64,000 nucleotides of DNA from Octopus bimaculoides (GCF_001194135.2 NC_068993.1:42811422-42875421), one strand, 5' to 3'. Shown: positions 1-10,790, counted from the stretch's first letter. The notes: generated from the letters alone by a model not told the origin. Numbers and translations are program-made.

Positions 1-19
1 ATTAATTCACTGTATTTTC

Positions 20-140
20 TTCTTCTTCTTCTTCTTCTTCTTCTTCTTCTTCTTCTTCTTCTTCTTCTTCTTCTTCTTCTTCTTCTTCTTCTTCTTCTTC
101 TTCTTCTTCTTCTCCTTCTTCCTTTTTCTTCTCCTCCTCC
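20..140. repeat. (CTT)n microsatellite
   Basis: Direct inspection. Confidence 0.95.
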
Positions 141-600
141 CCCTCCTTCGTCTGCTCTTTGTATATGCATGTCTGTGTGCTATGTGTTGTGGGGGTTGTT
201 TTAAAACTTTGAGAGAGATAAAATAAATTATAATTTTGACTGACAAACTCGAAGTAAGTAAAACTATAAATAATAGCATGCTTATTATATGATTAAAAAC
301 CCTAGGATGGAAAAAGTCAAAGACTATTCGTGGGACACGAATCTACATATTCTATAAACATGACAGATGTCTAAAACCACGGCAGCGTTCGACATTTTAC
401 ATCCGAGAGCTCTTTTCATTCGGTATTTTACAAGTCGTTGTTTATAGCTGCATCTATTTGAAGTTTCCCCGTTAAAAGTAATTAAAAATTTACCATTGGA
501 ACTAATACTATTTTTCATATATACATACACATTCGCACACACATGTGTGCGTATGTGTATGTATGTATGTATGAAAATAAATAGATAGATAGATAGATAC

Positions 601-645
<45 letters not shown>

Positions 646-700
646 CAGACAGACCGACAGACAGACAAATAGCTAGCTAGGTTAGCTAGATAGATAGATA

Positions 701-852
701 CGATGGGCTTGCTTCAGTTTTCACCTACCAAATCCACTCATAGAACTTTGATCGGCTCGAAGCTATAGTGTAAGACACTTGCCTAAAGTGCCATGCAGTG
801 AGACCAAACCCGAAATCATGTCATGGGAAAGCAACCGTCGAACCACTCATCC
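701..852 (-). mobile_element. Family A SINE head
   Basis: CTACCAAATCCACTCA..GCTATAGTGTAAGACACTTGCC. Confidence 0.75.
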
Positions 853-1222
853 AACATTATTTATTGTAAAAGCTATGAGGAAAATCATGAAGTACAGTAG
901 AATCTCCTCCATATTTTTGCCAATTATTTTAAAGCAATCCAAAAACTGAATTAGTTTTCCTCTTGCTCAAAGTCACTTAAATCGATATTCCCTTCATTAT
1001 TATATAGCAATTAGTGTTTTCTAGAAAACTAAATTCTGATGCAGAATACACTTAGAAACAAACAATGTTCCTCATTATTTTTTTCAATCATGGAGTTATT
1101 GATATTTGAGTTCATTTTCTTTTTCTTTCTTATACAGCAATTATAAGAAAAAATAGAAGTTCGGGAGATTCTATTATAGTGGTTCGCAATAAAATCGCAA
1201 CTCTCGCATCAAGTAATACACG

Positions 1223-1335
<113 letters not shown>

Positions 1336-1952
1336 ATATGTATGTATCTATGTATCTATGTGTGGGCACATATGTGTGTGTATTGCAGCTGTCACTCGCA
1401 AGCGAGCTTGCGTTGCATGCGTGTGCCGTGGATTTGTCATTACGTTCAAGCTAACACAGACACTCCTCGAACTACTCTCTATTAACATAGTGAATTCCAG
1501 AGTGTGACAGATTGAGCTCAGAAAGAGCTACATCTAAACAAGACCAAGGGAATGTAAAATAGTATAACATTGCTCGAGAAAACGACACTTCGTTTGATAA
1601 AGGAACAGAATCGAAACCACGACATAATGATCGTGACATGGACACTCTTGCCACTGGGTCAAGATACATATACACACACTTATCCGTCTGTAATTTATTA
1701 AGTAAAGCCCAAGTGGAAACCTCTCCCTGTAAAACGTCTGGCTTTGTAAGTAAATAAGACAAAATTAATGACTTGAGCATAGGACGTAATGCTTAGTGGC
1801 ATGTCTTCCAACTTTTTACGTTTTGAATTTAAATCTCTCTAAGCTCAAGTTTCTCTTTCAACCTAGACAAACGGAAAGACCCTGAAGAAGCTGCACCGAA
1901 AATCGTGCCAGGCTGCATCCGCAACTGCCCGTGATATGTGCGGTAGAAACAG

Positions 1953-2193
1953 ATCCCCAAAACTTACATCTCTGTTTCAATTCATACCCTTTGGTGATTC
2001 GTAATCCTAAGCATTTGGGCAGAATCATATACTAAGAATTGGTCATCATTTTCATCTATATGGATCAGGATGAGATTCTGCCCCATATAGTTGAAAATGA
2101 TGACCAATTCTTAGCATATGACCCTACCTAAATGCTTAAAATTACGAATCACCAAGGGGCATGAATCGAAATATACATGTAGGTTTTGGGGAT
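1953..2193. mobile_element. Palindromic fold-back/MITE-like element
   Basis: 111-bp ungapped inverted arms (1953-2063 / 2083-2193), 15 mismatches by manual alignment, 19-nt spacer; non-coding. Confidence 0.8.
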
Positions 2194-2466
2194 TTGCCAT
2201 TTCTTTTAGGGCATTATGATTTATTTGTATTTTTTTTATAAGAAAGGCTTTCAACCTCATTATATTATACAAATAATTTATCTATGCATCTACAATTCTC
2301 CATTTTGTTTCTTTCATTATTAACAATATGTAATGCTATAATAATCCCTAACATATCGTCGAAACTTTTTCCATACATGATAGTGATCAACCAGTGAAAT
2401 TTTGGGATTATTTAAATCCCTAATAAGGACTTATCATCCTCATATATATATGTATGTATGTATGTA

Positions 2467-2526
<60 letters not shown>

Positions 2527-2733
2527 GTGTACATATACGAACCACCTTAAAAAAATAGTGACTGCAGTCGAGCTTTAGTGGTTCTGCAATATTACATTTA
2601 ATAATTACACGTCTCTGACGATTTGGCAGCAAGGCTTAATGACGTAAAGTTGCATTATGTAGCCAATTATCACCTTATGTTAATGAAACGTGCGAAAGAT
2701 AATATAATTAACTATCACATGAGTGTGTGTGCC

Positions 2734-2783
<50 letters not shown>

Positions 2784-3109
2784 TGTGTGTGTTCAGGTGA
2801 GTGAATTGAAGGCATTGTATAGGTAGTTATTTACTGCATGTATTTAAAAAAGAGCAGCGACCGTATATTACGTAAATTGAAGGTGCTACTAATTATAGTC
2901 TTCTTCCTCATCACTTACTCTTCTATTCATCTGTGTGTGCGCCTATATACGTATGTATATAGCTCGAAAGGGGGGAGTTGATAGTCAGCCGACAAAATGA
3001 TGAAGGGTCGTTCTTTTTTTTGTGTTACATTTTTTCTCACGTTATTTGCGTATTTAAATTGTTTCGTATTTGATGCTGTTTACTATTAGTGACGTCCTGT
3101 ATCCATATA

Positions 3110-3157
<48 letters not shown>

Positions 3158-4095
3158 TACACACACATATATATGTATATATATACACTTATACACACAC
3201 ACACACACANNNNNNNNNNNNNNNNNNNNNNNNNNNNNNNNNNNNNNNNNNNNNNNNNNNNNNNNNNNNNNNNNNNNNNNNNNNNNNNNNNNNNNNNNNN
3301 NNNNNNNNNNNNNNNNNNNNNNNNNNNNNNNNNNNNNNNNNNNNNNNNNNNNNNNNNNNNNNNNNNNNNNNNNNNNNNNNNNNNNNNNNNNNNNNNNNNN
3401 NNNNNNNNNNNNNNNNNNNNNNNNNNNNNNNNNNNNNNNNNNNNNNNNNNNNNNNNNNNNNNNNNNNNNNNNNNNNNNNNNNNNNNNNNNNNNNNNNNNN
3501 NNNNNNNNNNNNNNNNNNNNNNNNNNNNNNNNNNNNNNNNNNNNNNNNNNNNNNNNNNNNNNNNNNNNNNNNNNNNNNNNNNNNNNNNNNNNNNNNNNNN
3601 NNNNNNNNNNNNNNNNNNNNNNNNNNNNNNNNNNNNNNNNNNNNNNNNNNNNNNNNNNNNNNNNNNNNNNNNNNNNNNNNNNNNNNNNNNNNNNNNNNNN
3701 NNNNNNNNNNNNNNNNNNNNNNNNNNNNNNNNNNNNNNNNNNNNNNNNNNNNNNNNNNNNNNNNNNNNNNNNNNNNNNNNNNNNNNNNNNNNNNNNNNNN
3801 NNNNNNNNNNNNNNNNNNNNNNNNNNNNNNNNNNNNNNNNNNNNNNNNNNNNNNNNNNNNNNNNNNNNNNNNNNNNNNNNNNNNNNNNNNNNNNNNNNNN
3901 NNNNNNNNNNNNNNNNNNNNNNNNNNNNNNNNNNNNNNNNNNNNNNNNNNNNNNNNNNNATATATATATATATATATATATATACATCTATATTTGAATG
4001 TTTGTGTATAAATATGTGTATATATATGTGTGCGCGTATGAATATGTCTAAATGTGTGTGCGCGAGGGGGGGGGGATTATTATTGGATTTATATA

Positions 4096-4312
4096 TGGCA
4101 ATGAGCTAGCAGAATCGTTATACGTCGGACAAAATGATTTTCGGCATTTCGTCCATCTACACTGTCAGAGTTCAAATTCCTCCAAGATCGACTTTTCCTT
4201 TCGTCTTTTCTGTGCCGATAAAATAGGTACCATTTCAGCAACAGGGTCGATGTAATCGATTTGCACCCTCCTCCGAAATTGCTGGCCTTGTGCCAAAATA
4301 TGAAACCATTAT
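4096..4312 (+). mobile_element. Family C SINE
   Basis: GAGCTAGCAGAATCGTTA..GAGTTCAAATTCC..GATAAAATAGGTACC..GGTCGATGTAATCGA..GGCCTTGTGCC. Confidence 0.8.
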
Positions 4313-4917
4313 GTAGTGTGTGTGTATGTGAGTATGTGTGTATCCGTCTATCTGTTTCTCTCTCTGTCTCTCTGTCTGTCTGTCTGCGAACACAGTATGA
4401 TATACATATTATATTTCTATACTCCTAAACTATTCAAAAGTTTTCTCGTCTGCTTCATTCATTTCTCAGAGTTCGTATCAAACAGACAACTTAAATATGG
4501 CGCAAAACACGAAAGTTCAATGAAACTTAACAATAAATCATTAATACAAACATAGTTTTCTGAACTGTCGCCAAGAAATATTTTAACTTTTCTTTCAATC
4601 GATTCGTTCCTTATTTGATGCGCTGAATTCATCCATTCAACGTGTGTTACAATGTCTTCGTAGGGGTCATTACTGTAGCCATTAGATATTTTCTACCATT
4701 AGGTACAATATAACGGCTAAGTTTATGTGTTACGTCCATATTTAAAATATAATATTGACATCTGTTTACTGAAATTATTTTGATTTTAGATTACTTTGAA
4801 TGAAAATTGATTCTCGAATCAATGAAAATATCCAACGCGAAGCTTATACATGCTTATACAAATATACGTACACAGCGGGATAGGTAGAGAGAGAGTGCAT
4901 ATATATACATATGTGTG

Positions 4918-4979
<62 letters not shown>

Positions 4980-5075
4980 GAGCTTAAAAATAGGATAAAA
5001 TCTTTATAAGAATGTATCAAGTAGTTAACGTGAAGAACCTCATAAGGGAAAATCTTATTAATTATTCCCTTTAAA

Positions 5076-5255
5076 TATATTTATTTATATTAAGGGCATT
5101 ACTATATATAAATGCCTCACGATACGAGGGACTCTTAAAGTCAGAACTACCACAATAAACACATATTACGGTACAATGTGTTTATTATGGTAGTTCTAAC
5201 TTGAAGAGTCCCTCGTAGCATGAGACATTTATGTATAGTAATGCCCTTAATATGA

Positions 5256-5264
<9 letters not shown>
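5076..5264. mobile_element. Palindromic fold-back/MITE-like element ending in TA
   Basis: 89-bp inverted arms (5076-5164 / 5176-5264), 8 mismatches, 11-nt loop; right end runs into (TA)n. Confidence 0.8.
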
Positions 5265-5303
<39 letters not shown>

Positions 5304-5320
5304 GTATGCATGTATGTGCG

Positions 5321-6110
5321 GAGGATATCCGTGACGTTAGACTCGGCAATAACACCCCAGTCTCGTGCGATTTCTTCACTGGTCATTCATTAAAACACCT
5401 GTCTGTGTTGGGATTGTATTTGCACAGGCACCATCCGGACTCCTGCCTTCGCCGTAAACGGGAATTAATCGTCTCTCTTCACTGCTTTACGCCATATGGG
5501 CTCAACTCTCCTCCCCTCTTCATCTGACTCTCCTCCTCTCATCTCTTCATCAGACATATTTCCTCTCTCCACTCATTGATATCCACTCCACCCACACCTC
5601 ACTCCACACATCCCACTCCCACATACCCCACCCCTACCCCCACATCCTCACTCCAGACCTACACTCCACCCTCACTTCCCCACACCCAGTACCGCCACTC
5701 TACACACCACGACACCACATCTCACGCTAGCACACACTAGCACTGACCACTAGCACTCACACATCACAGTTTCACACGCACACATCCACACGTCAAAGTC
5801 ACCAGCACCTACCCACGCGAACACACTTACACACTCTCACATACACACACGCACCTTCATTTTGTGATCACCAATACTTTATTATCTCCCCTTCTTCTTC
5901 GCTATCCTGTCTAACTACTTTGTCCAGCCAGTCGCCATGATTGACCGCTAACTCCAAAAGTTTTTCTTTATTCTCTCTCTGCTTATTTCCTAGTGTTCAT
6001 TTCTGTTGAAGAGCGTACACTCGAAACGTAAAAGACTTACTCACCTTCCCGAGCGTCAAAAGACGAAGACAGGTGTCTTCGTCTTTTGTTTCTCCGTAAA
6101 TTCCCACTAT
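5321..6110 (+). mobile_element. Penelope-like element 3' remnant (GIY-YIG endonuclease C-terminus, low-complexity 3' UTR, pseudo-LTR end)
   Basis: 5321-5527 translates EDIRDVRLGNNTPVSCDFFTGHSLKHLSVLGLYLHRHHPDSCLRRKRELIVSLHCFTPYGLNSPPLFI*, fitting the PLE GIY-YIG C-terminal pattern (PVAxHF..GHS..L.V.GL..R..E..LI..L...P.GLN); pLTR-type TGAAGAG..CTCGAAACG at ~6007-6028; (TA)n on both sides. Confidence 0.75.
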
Positions 6111-6116
6111 ATATAT

Positions 6117-6166
<50 letters not shown>

Positions 6167-6414
6167 ATGATTGTATACATAAGGACTAAGCTGGGTGAAG
6201 TTTCGAAGTCAGTGTCAACAACATTGCTCTATAAGAATTATAAATTCTACTAAAGTATAGAGTAACCAACCAGATTAATGTAAACATATTCCTATTATAA
6301 CTGAACATAAAGACGTATATATATATATATATACACACACACACATATGCATATGTATATATATGTATATATATGTATGTGTGAGTATATATATCTATGT
6401 ATGTATGTATATAT

Positions 6415-6457
6415 ATTATGAGTCCAATGATCGAAGCACTGGAACACGCGCCTTCAC

Positions 6458-6506
<49 letters not shown>

Positions 6507-6561
6507 GGGGGGGGGTACGTGAAGGCGCGTGTTCCAGTGCTTCGATTATTGGACTCATAAT
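6415..6561. repeat. Inverted duplication of a SINE 5' head across a (TA)n/G-run spacer
   Basis: 47-bp arms 6415-6461 / 6515-6561 with 1 mismatch; 53-nt spacer. Confidence 0.85.
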
Positions 6562-6690
6562 CATGAAATTGTGGAGTCGCTTCGTGAGTCGGGCGAATCG
6601 CTGTATCCTTCAGCAAAATGCATCATCTTGCGTTGCTTCAGTATACACAACGGAAAATTAGTGCTAGCTGACTGCTAGTGCAGGCCTCTC
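6515..6690 (+). mobile_element. Degenerate tRNA-derived SINE (family E)
   Basis: GAAGGCGCGTG head and body collinear with the copy at 16884 (..CCTTcAGCAAaA..CATcttgCGTTGCTtCAGT..). Confidence 0.55.
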
Positions 6691-6871
6691 TCACGCTCTC
6701 TCTCTCTCTTCCAGCGGAGTCAAGCACGAAAACACCGAAAGAGTATTCCATGTCTGCTGTGGTAACTTATGTAACTGAAACAATAAGCAAATGCGTGGTA
6801 TTAACTACTAGTTACTAGTACATACTTCCCGGCAAGAGACGGCTAAATACATGCTTGCATACATACATACA

Positions 6872-6905
<34 letters not shown>

Positions 6906-7365
6906 CATATATATATATGTGTACACACACACATGTATATGTATGTAAGTATGTATATATATATATATATATATTGTAAATTTTCTTCGAAGCAAGAAGA
7001 AAATTTTAGAAAATATTCTATATATAATGAAAATTTTCCAATGCAGGAATTTCTTTGGAAATGATATTTTAAGAAATATTACCTCGCAACGTACCATGAA
7101 ACCTTTAAAATATCTCGATGTAAACCGTAGCGACAACTGCGTCATCTTTTCTCATCATGCACCATTCACTTTGAACGGGAATTAATTAAGCTCATTGAAA
7201 TATTCTTTGTAGAAGGCTGAAAATAATATGCAACTCCTACTGCTGACAGAATCATAATTTCCCTAGTGTAATTAGTAGGGTATTTATTTTTATTGAAGAA
7301 TATAAGTAGAGAGAAGAAGGATGGTCACTGCGTGTAGCAACTATTATTATTTGTTCCAACACTAT

Positions 7366-7568
7366 GGCGGCATGCTGGCAGAATCGTTAGCAGACCGGCT
7401 AAAATACTTAGCGGCATTTCATTCATCTTTGCATTCAGAGCTGTAATTCCGTCGAGGTCGATCTTGCCTTTCACCCCTAGGGGACCGATAAAATAAGTAC
7501 TACCCAGGTACTGAGGTCAATGTAATCGATTATCATACTTTTCAGGCATTGTGCCTATGATAGAAAGT
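7366..7568 (+). mobile_element. Family C SINE
   Basis: GGCGGCATGCTGGCAGAATCGTTAGC..GAGGTCGATCTTGCCTTTCA..GATAAAATAAGTAC. Confidence 0.8.
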
Positions 7569-7693
7569 ACCGTTTGTTCCGATACTACCTTTTATAAAAA
7601 ATACCAGTTATTTAATTTGGTGAATCATTCAGTTATAACCGTTATTTATTCAAGTGGTTTAACAATTTCGAAAATATTTCATTTCTCTGTATA

Positions 7694-7905
7694 TTTATTC
7701 CTTTATTTGTTTCAGTGATATGACTGTGGCCATGGTGGGGCACCACCTTCAAGTGATTTTGTCGAAGGATTCGATCCCGAGACTAATTTTTAAGCCTACT
7801 ATTTATTTTATTCGTCTCTTTGCCGAACCGCTAGATTACGGGGACGTAAACACACCACCATCGGTTGTCAACCGATGATGGGGGTACAATCACAGACAAA
7901 AAGAC
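7694..7905 (-). mobile_element. Shared SINE 3' module (head side lost or inside the adjacent gap)
   Basis: TTGTTTCAGTG..GGCCATGGTGGGGCACC..TTTGCCGAACCGCTAGATTACGGGGACGTAAACACACC. Confidence 0.75.
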
Positions 7906-8083
7906 ACACACTCACGCATATATGTGTATATATATATATATATNNNNNNNNNNNNNNNNNNNNNNNNNNNNNNNNNNNNNNNNNNNNNNNNNNNNNNNNN
8001 NNNNNNNNNNNNNNNNNNNNNNNNNNNNNNNNNNNNNNNNNNNNNNNNNNNNNNNNNNNNNNNNNNNNNNNNNNNNNNNNNNN

Positions 8084-8173
8084 TTATTTTCTTCTACTTG
8101 TTTCAGACATTTAATTTCGGCCATGCCGGAACTATGCGTTGGGGAAGCAAACTTCTTACCACACAGCACGCCT
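8084..8173 (-). mobile_element. Internally deleted mini-copy of family A SINE
   Basis: Head (GGCGTGCTGTGTGGTAAGAAGTTTGCTTCC..GTTCCG) fused directly to tail (GCATGGCCG..TGAAACAAGTAGAAG). Confidence 0.65.
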
Positions 8174-8184
8174 ATATCTTTCCC

Positions 8185-8596
8185 CTTTTGTTTCTGTCAC
8201 TGGACTATGACCAAGCTGCAGCACCGCCTTACTCGCTTTGAAGGGCTTAGTTGCACAAATGCATCGAGTACTTATTTTTCAAGCCTGTTGCTTATTTTAT
8301 CGGTTTCTTTTCCCGGAACGCTAGATTACGGTTACCTAAATAAAACAGCACTGGTTGTCAGGCGGTGTGTGGGACAAACACAGACGCAAAGATATACGAA
8401 CACAAAAGCACTAATACTCACACACATATACGCATAAACACACACATACATGCATACAGCAGGCTTCCATACAGTTTCCATCAACCAAATTCTCTCTCAA
8501 GGCATTGATAGGCTCAGAGCTATTCCCAAGGTGCCATGTTGTGGAACTGATCCCGAAACCACATGTTTGCAAAGCTAGCCTCCTAACCACATAGCA
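8185..8596 (-). mobile_element. Degenerate bipartite SINE (family A)
   Basis: Both modules recognisable on the reverse strand. Confidence 0.7.
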
Positions 8597-8849
8597 ATAT
8601 TTGTTTTTAATGTGAAGGATAATTAGGATTACCAGATTATCAATTAAAAGTTTCAAATATAACTGACAACGAAAGATTAAAGTAATGCAGAGTATTTAAA
8701 GTTGAATGCTTATCGAATGCGACAAGGTCATCGGAATCATAAATGCACTGAAATAATAACAAACCAGGAACGGACCATGAATTTGAATAGCAATGTAGCT
8801 TATATCAATCCTCACAATAAAACTTGCGACATATTGATTTTAAATTTTT

Positions 8850-9128
8850 GGGGGATGTAAACAATATCAATTGTCAAGCGATGGTGGGCACAAAGCTAAG
8901 AATAAAGTCTCGCACAAACACACACATACATCACAAATCCATATATCTTTATGTGTGTATGTGTGAGTGTGCATGCTTATACGACGATTTCTTTCGGTTT
9001 CCGTCTACCAAATCCACTCACAAGGCTTTGGTCGGCCAGAGCTATCGTAGAAGACAATTCCCGAAAGAACTAGCAGTGAGACTGAACCCGGAACTATGTG
9101 GTTGCGTAGTAAACTACTCACCACGCAG
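8850..9128 (-). mobile_element. Family A SINE, 3'-truncated
   Basis: CCGTCTACCAAATCCACTCACAAGGCTTTGGTCGG head plus the start of the 3' module. Confidence 0.75.
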
Positions 9129-9859
9129 ATTGTAACAATCGTTACTATCTTGGCAAGCGAACACGTCTACCAAAGACTATTAAATTCAAATATTGAGAGA
9201 TGTGATCAGTTGTAAGTACAACAGATGGCCGTGACAGTTACGGCTCACCAGGATGCAGCGTTCTGATTTATGTCCAGTATTTACCATGAACAATCGTACT
9301 CCGCCTGTTAATACTGCGTTTGTTAATTTATCGTACGCAAATTGTTTAATTTGCTAATCTAGCTAAATGGGAAGGTTATCAAGTAAGCTTAAAAGTCACT
9401 AGTTATTTAAACTTTCACGGCATTGATTATGTCACATGCGATTGCTTCAAATCATGATTATCCTTTTCAACGCATCACTAATCACAAATTGAGAATTATA
9501 TTAGAGAAAGAGAACAATTAAATAGGCTACATATAAATAGTAACAGAAGAAATATCTGATTGTATGGCATTGCCGACTAAATCTTTTGTTTTTGTCCCAA
9601 ATTAATTTCTAATAAGAAACACTTAGAATTTAGAAAATAGCGCTTAGTTAGCATCAGTTGATGTTTAACTTTTTTCACAACAAAAATATTAACCAAATCA
9701 ACACGATCAGAGGCCGATGCTAGCAACAAAAATAACAACAACAACAACGAGGGAAATTAATTTCTGATGCTTGGATAACGTACAGTTACTAATCACTTCA
9801 CTAATGAACTTGTGAGATTCACAGTCCAATTAAGCTGACACAAATAGCCAACTTCAACA

Positions 9860-10015
9860 TTGCAGGTGGAGCAGCAGCAGCAGCAGAGGCGACAGCGCCA
9901 GCGGTGGTGGTGGTGGTGGTGGCTGTTGTAGTAGTAGTAGTAGTTCTTCTTGATATTATTGCTGAAGCAGCAATCGTAATTTCNNNNNNNNNNTGTTGTA
10001 GTGGCAGTAGAAGTG

Positions 10016-10083
<68 letters not shown>

Positions 10084-10095
10084 TGTTGTTGTTGT
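9860..10095. repeat. Compound trinucleotide repeat (GCA/GGT/GTA/AGT/TGT)n
   Basis: Direct inspection; contains a 10-N gap at 9984-9993. Confidence 0.9.
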
Positions 10096-10477
10096 TTTTG
10101 TTGTTATGAATACGCATTCGTCAGAAAGGAAAACTTCTCCAATGACGAAATACAACAGTGACTAGCATGCTCACGTTGAAACCTGCCAGAGTGTATTAAG
10201 AAAAAATATGCACGTTATTGTGCGTATGTGTGTGTGTGTGTGTGTGTGTGTGTNNNNNNNNNNNNNNNNNNNNNNNNNNNNNNNNNNNNNNNNNNNNNNN
10301 NNNNNNNNNNNNNNNNNNNNNNNNNNNNNNNNNNNNNNNNNNNNNNNNNNNNNNNNNNNNNNNNNNNNNNNNNNNNNNNNNNNNNNNNNNNNNNNNNNNN
10401 NNNNNNNNNNNNNNNNNNNNNNNNNNNNNNNNNNNNNNNNNNNNNNNNNNNNNCTTTTATTATTGCTGGTAAATCTG

Positions 10478-10575
10478 TTCTACTCTAGGCACAAGACCTG
10501 AAATTTTTTGTTTGGTGGGGGAAGTGGGGGGGGGGCTGTCGATTAAATCGACCCCAGTACGCAACTGGTACTGAT
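10478..10575 (-). mobile_element. Family C SINE 3' part
   Basis: TTCTACTCTAGGCACAAG..GTCGATTAAATCGACCCCAGTACGCAACTGGTACT. Confidence 0.8.
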
Positions 10576-10606
10576 TTTTTTATTACGATAAATATTATCA
10601 TACATC

Positions 10607-10694
10607 TCTAGCAGACGAGGTATCCAGTACTGAAGAGAGGCAGAAATACCCCGAAACCCATGTGGTCTGCTGGCCTGTTGGCTTCGTCGCTAGA
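10607..10694 (+). ncRNA. Type I hammerhead ribozyme (predicted cleavage GUC^ after 10667)
   Basis: Core CTGAAGA 10630-10636; stem II GAGG/CCCC (10637-40 / 10649-52, one A.C mismatch, G10.1-C11.1 intact, loop CAGAAATA); GAAA 10653-56; stem III ACC/GGT with CATGT loop; cleavage triplet GTC 10665-67; stem I CCAGTA/TGCTGG (6 bp including one U.G); after an internal loop, a distal stem TCTAGC(A)GACGAGG/CTTCGTCGCTAGA. Confidence 0.85.
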
Positions 10695-10790
10695 CGGTGG
10701 TAGGGGTTCGCTCCCCTGCTCGCAATATTTCGGATGCAGCTATGCATGGTTAACAAGCTAGAGGGGATGTCCTATTGAGGTTAAAATATC

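Noticed and set aside
1882-1912. CTGAAGA-AG-CTGCAC-C-GAAA hammerhead-like string
   Set aside because: There is no NUH triplet that completes stem III and no stem I. The short resemblance to the reverse complement of 10716-10742 is too brief to call a second copy.
9793-10161. Poly-S/T/V/H ORFs
   Set aside because: Compound trinucleotide repeats spanning a gap.
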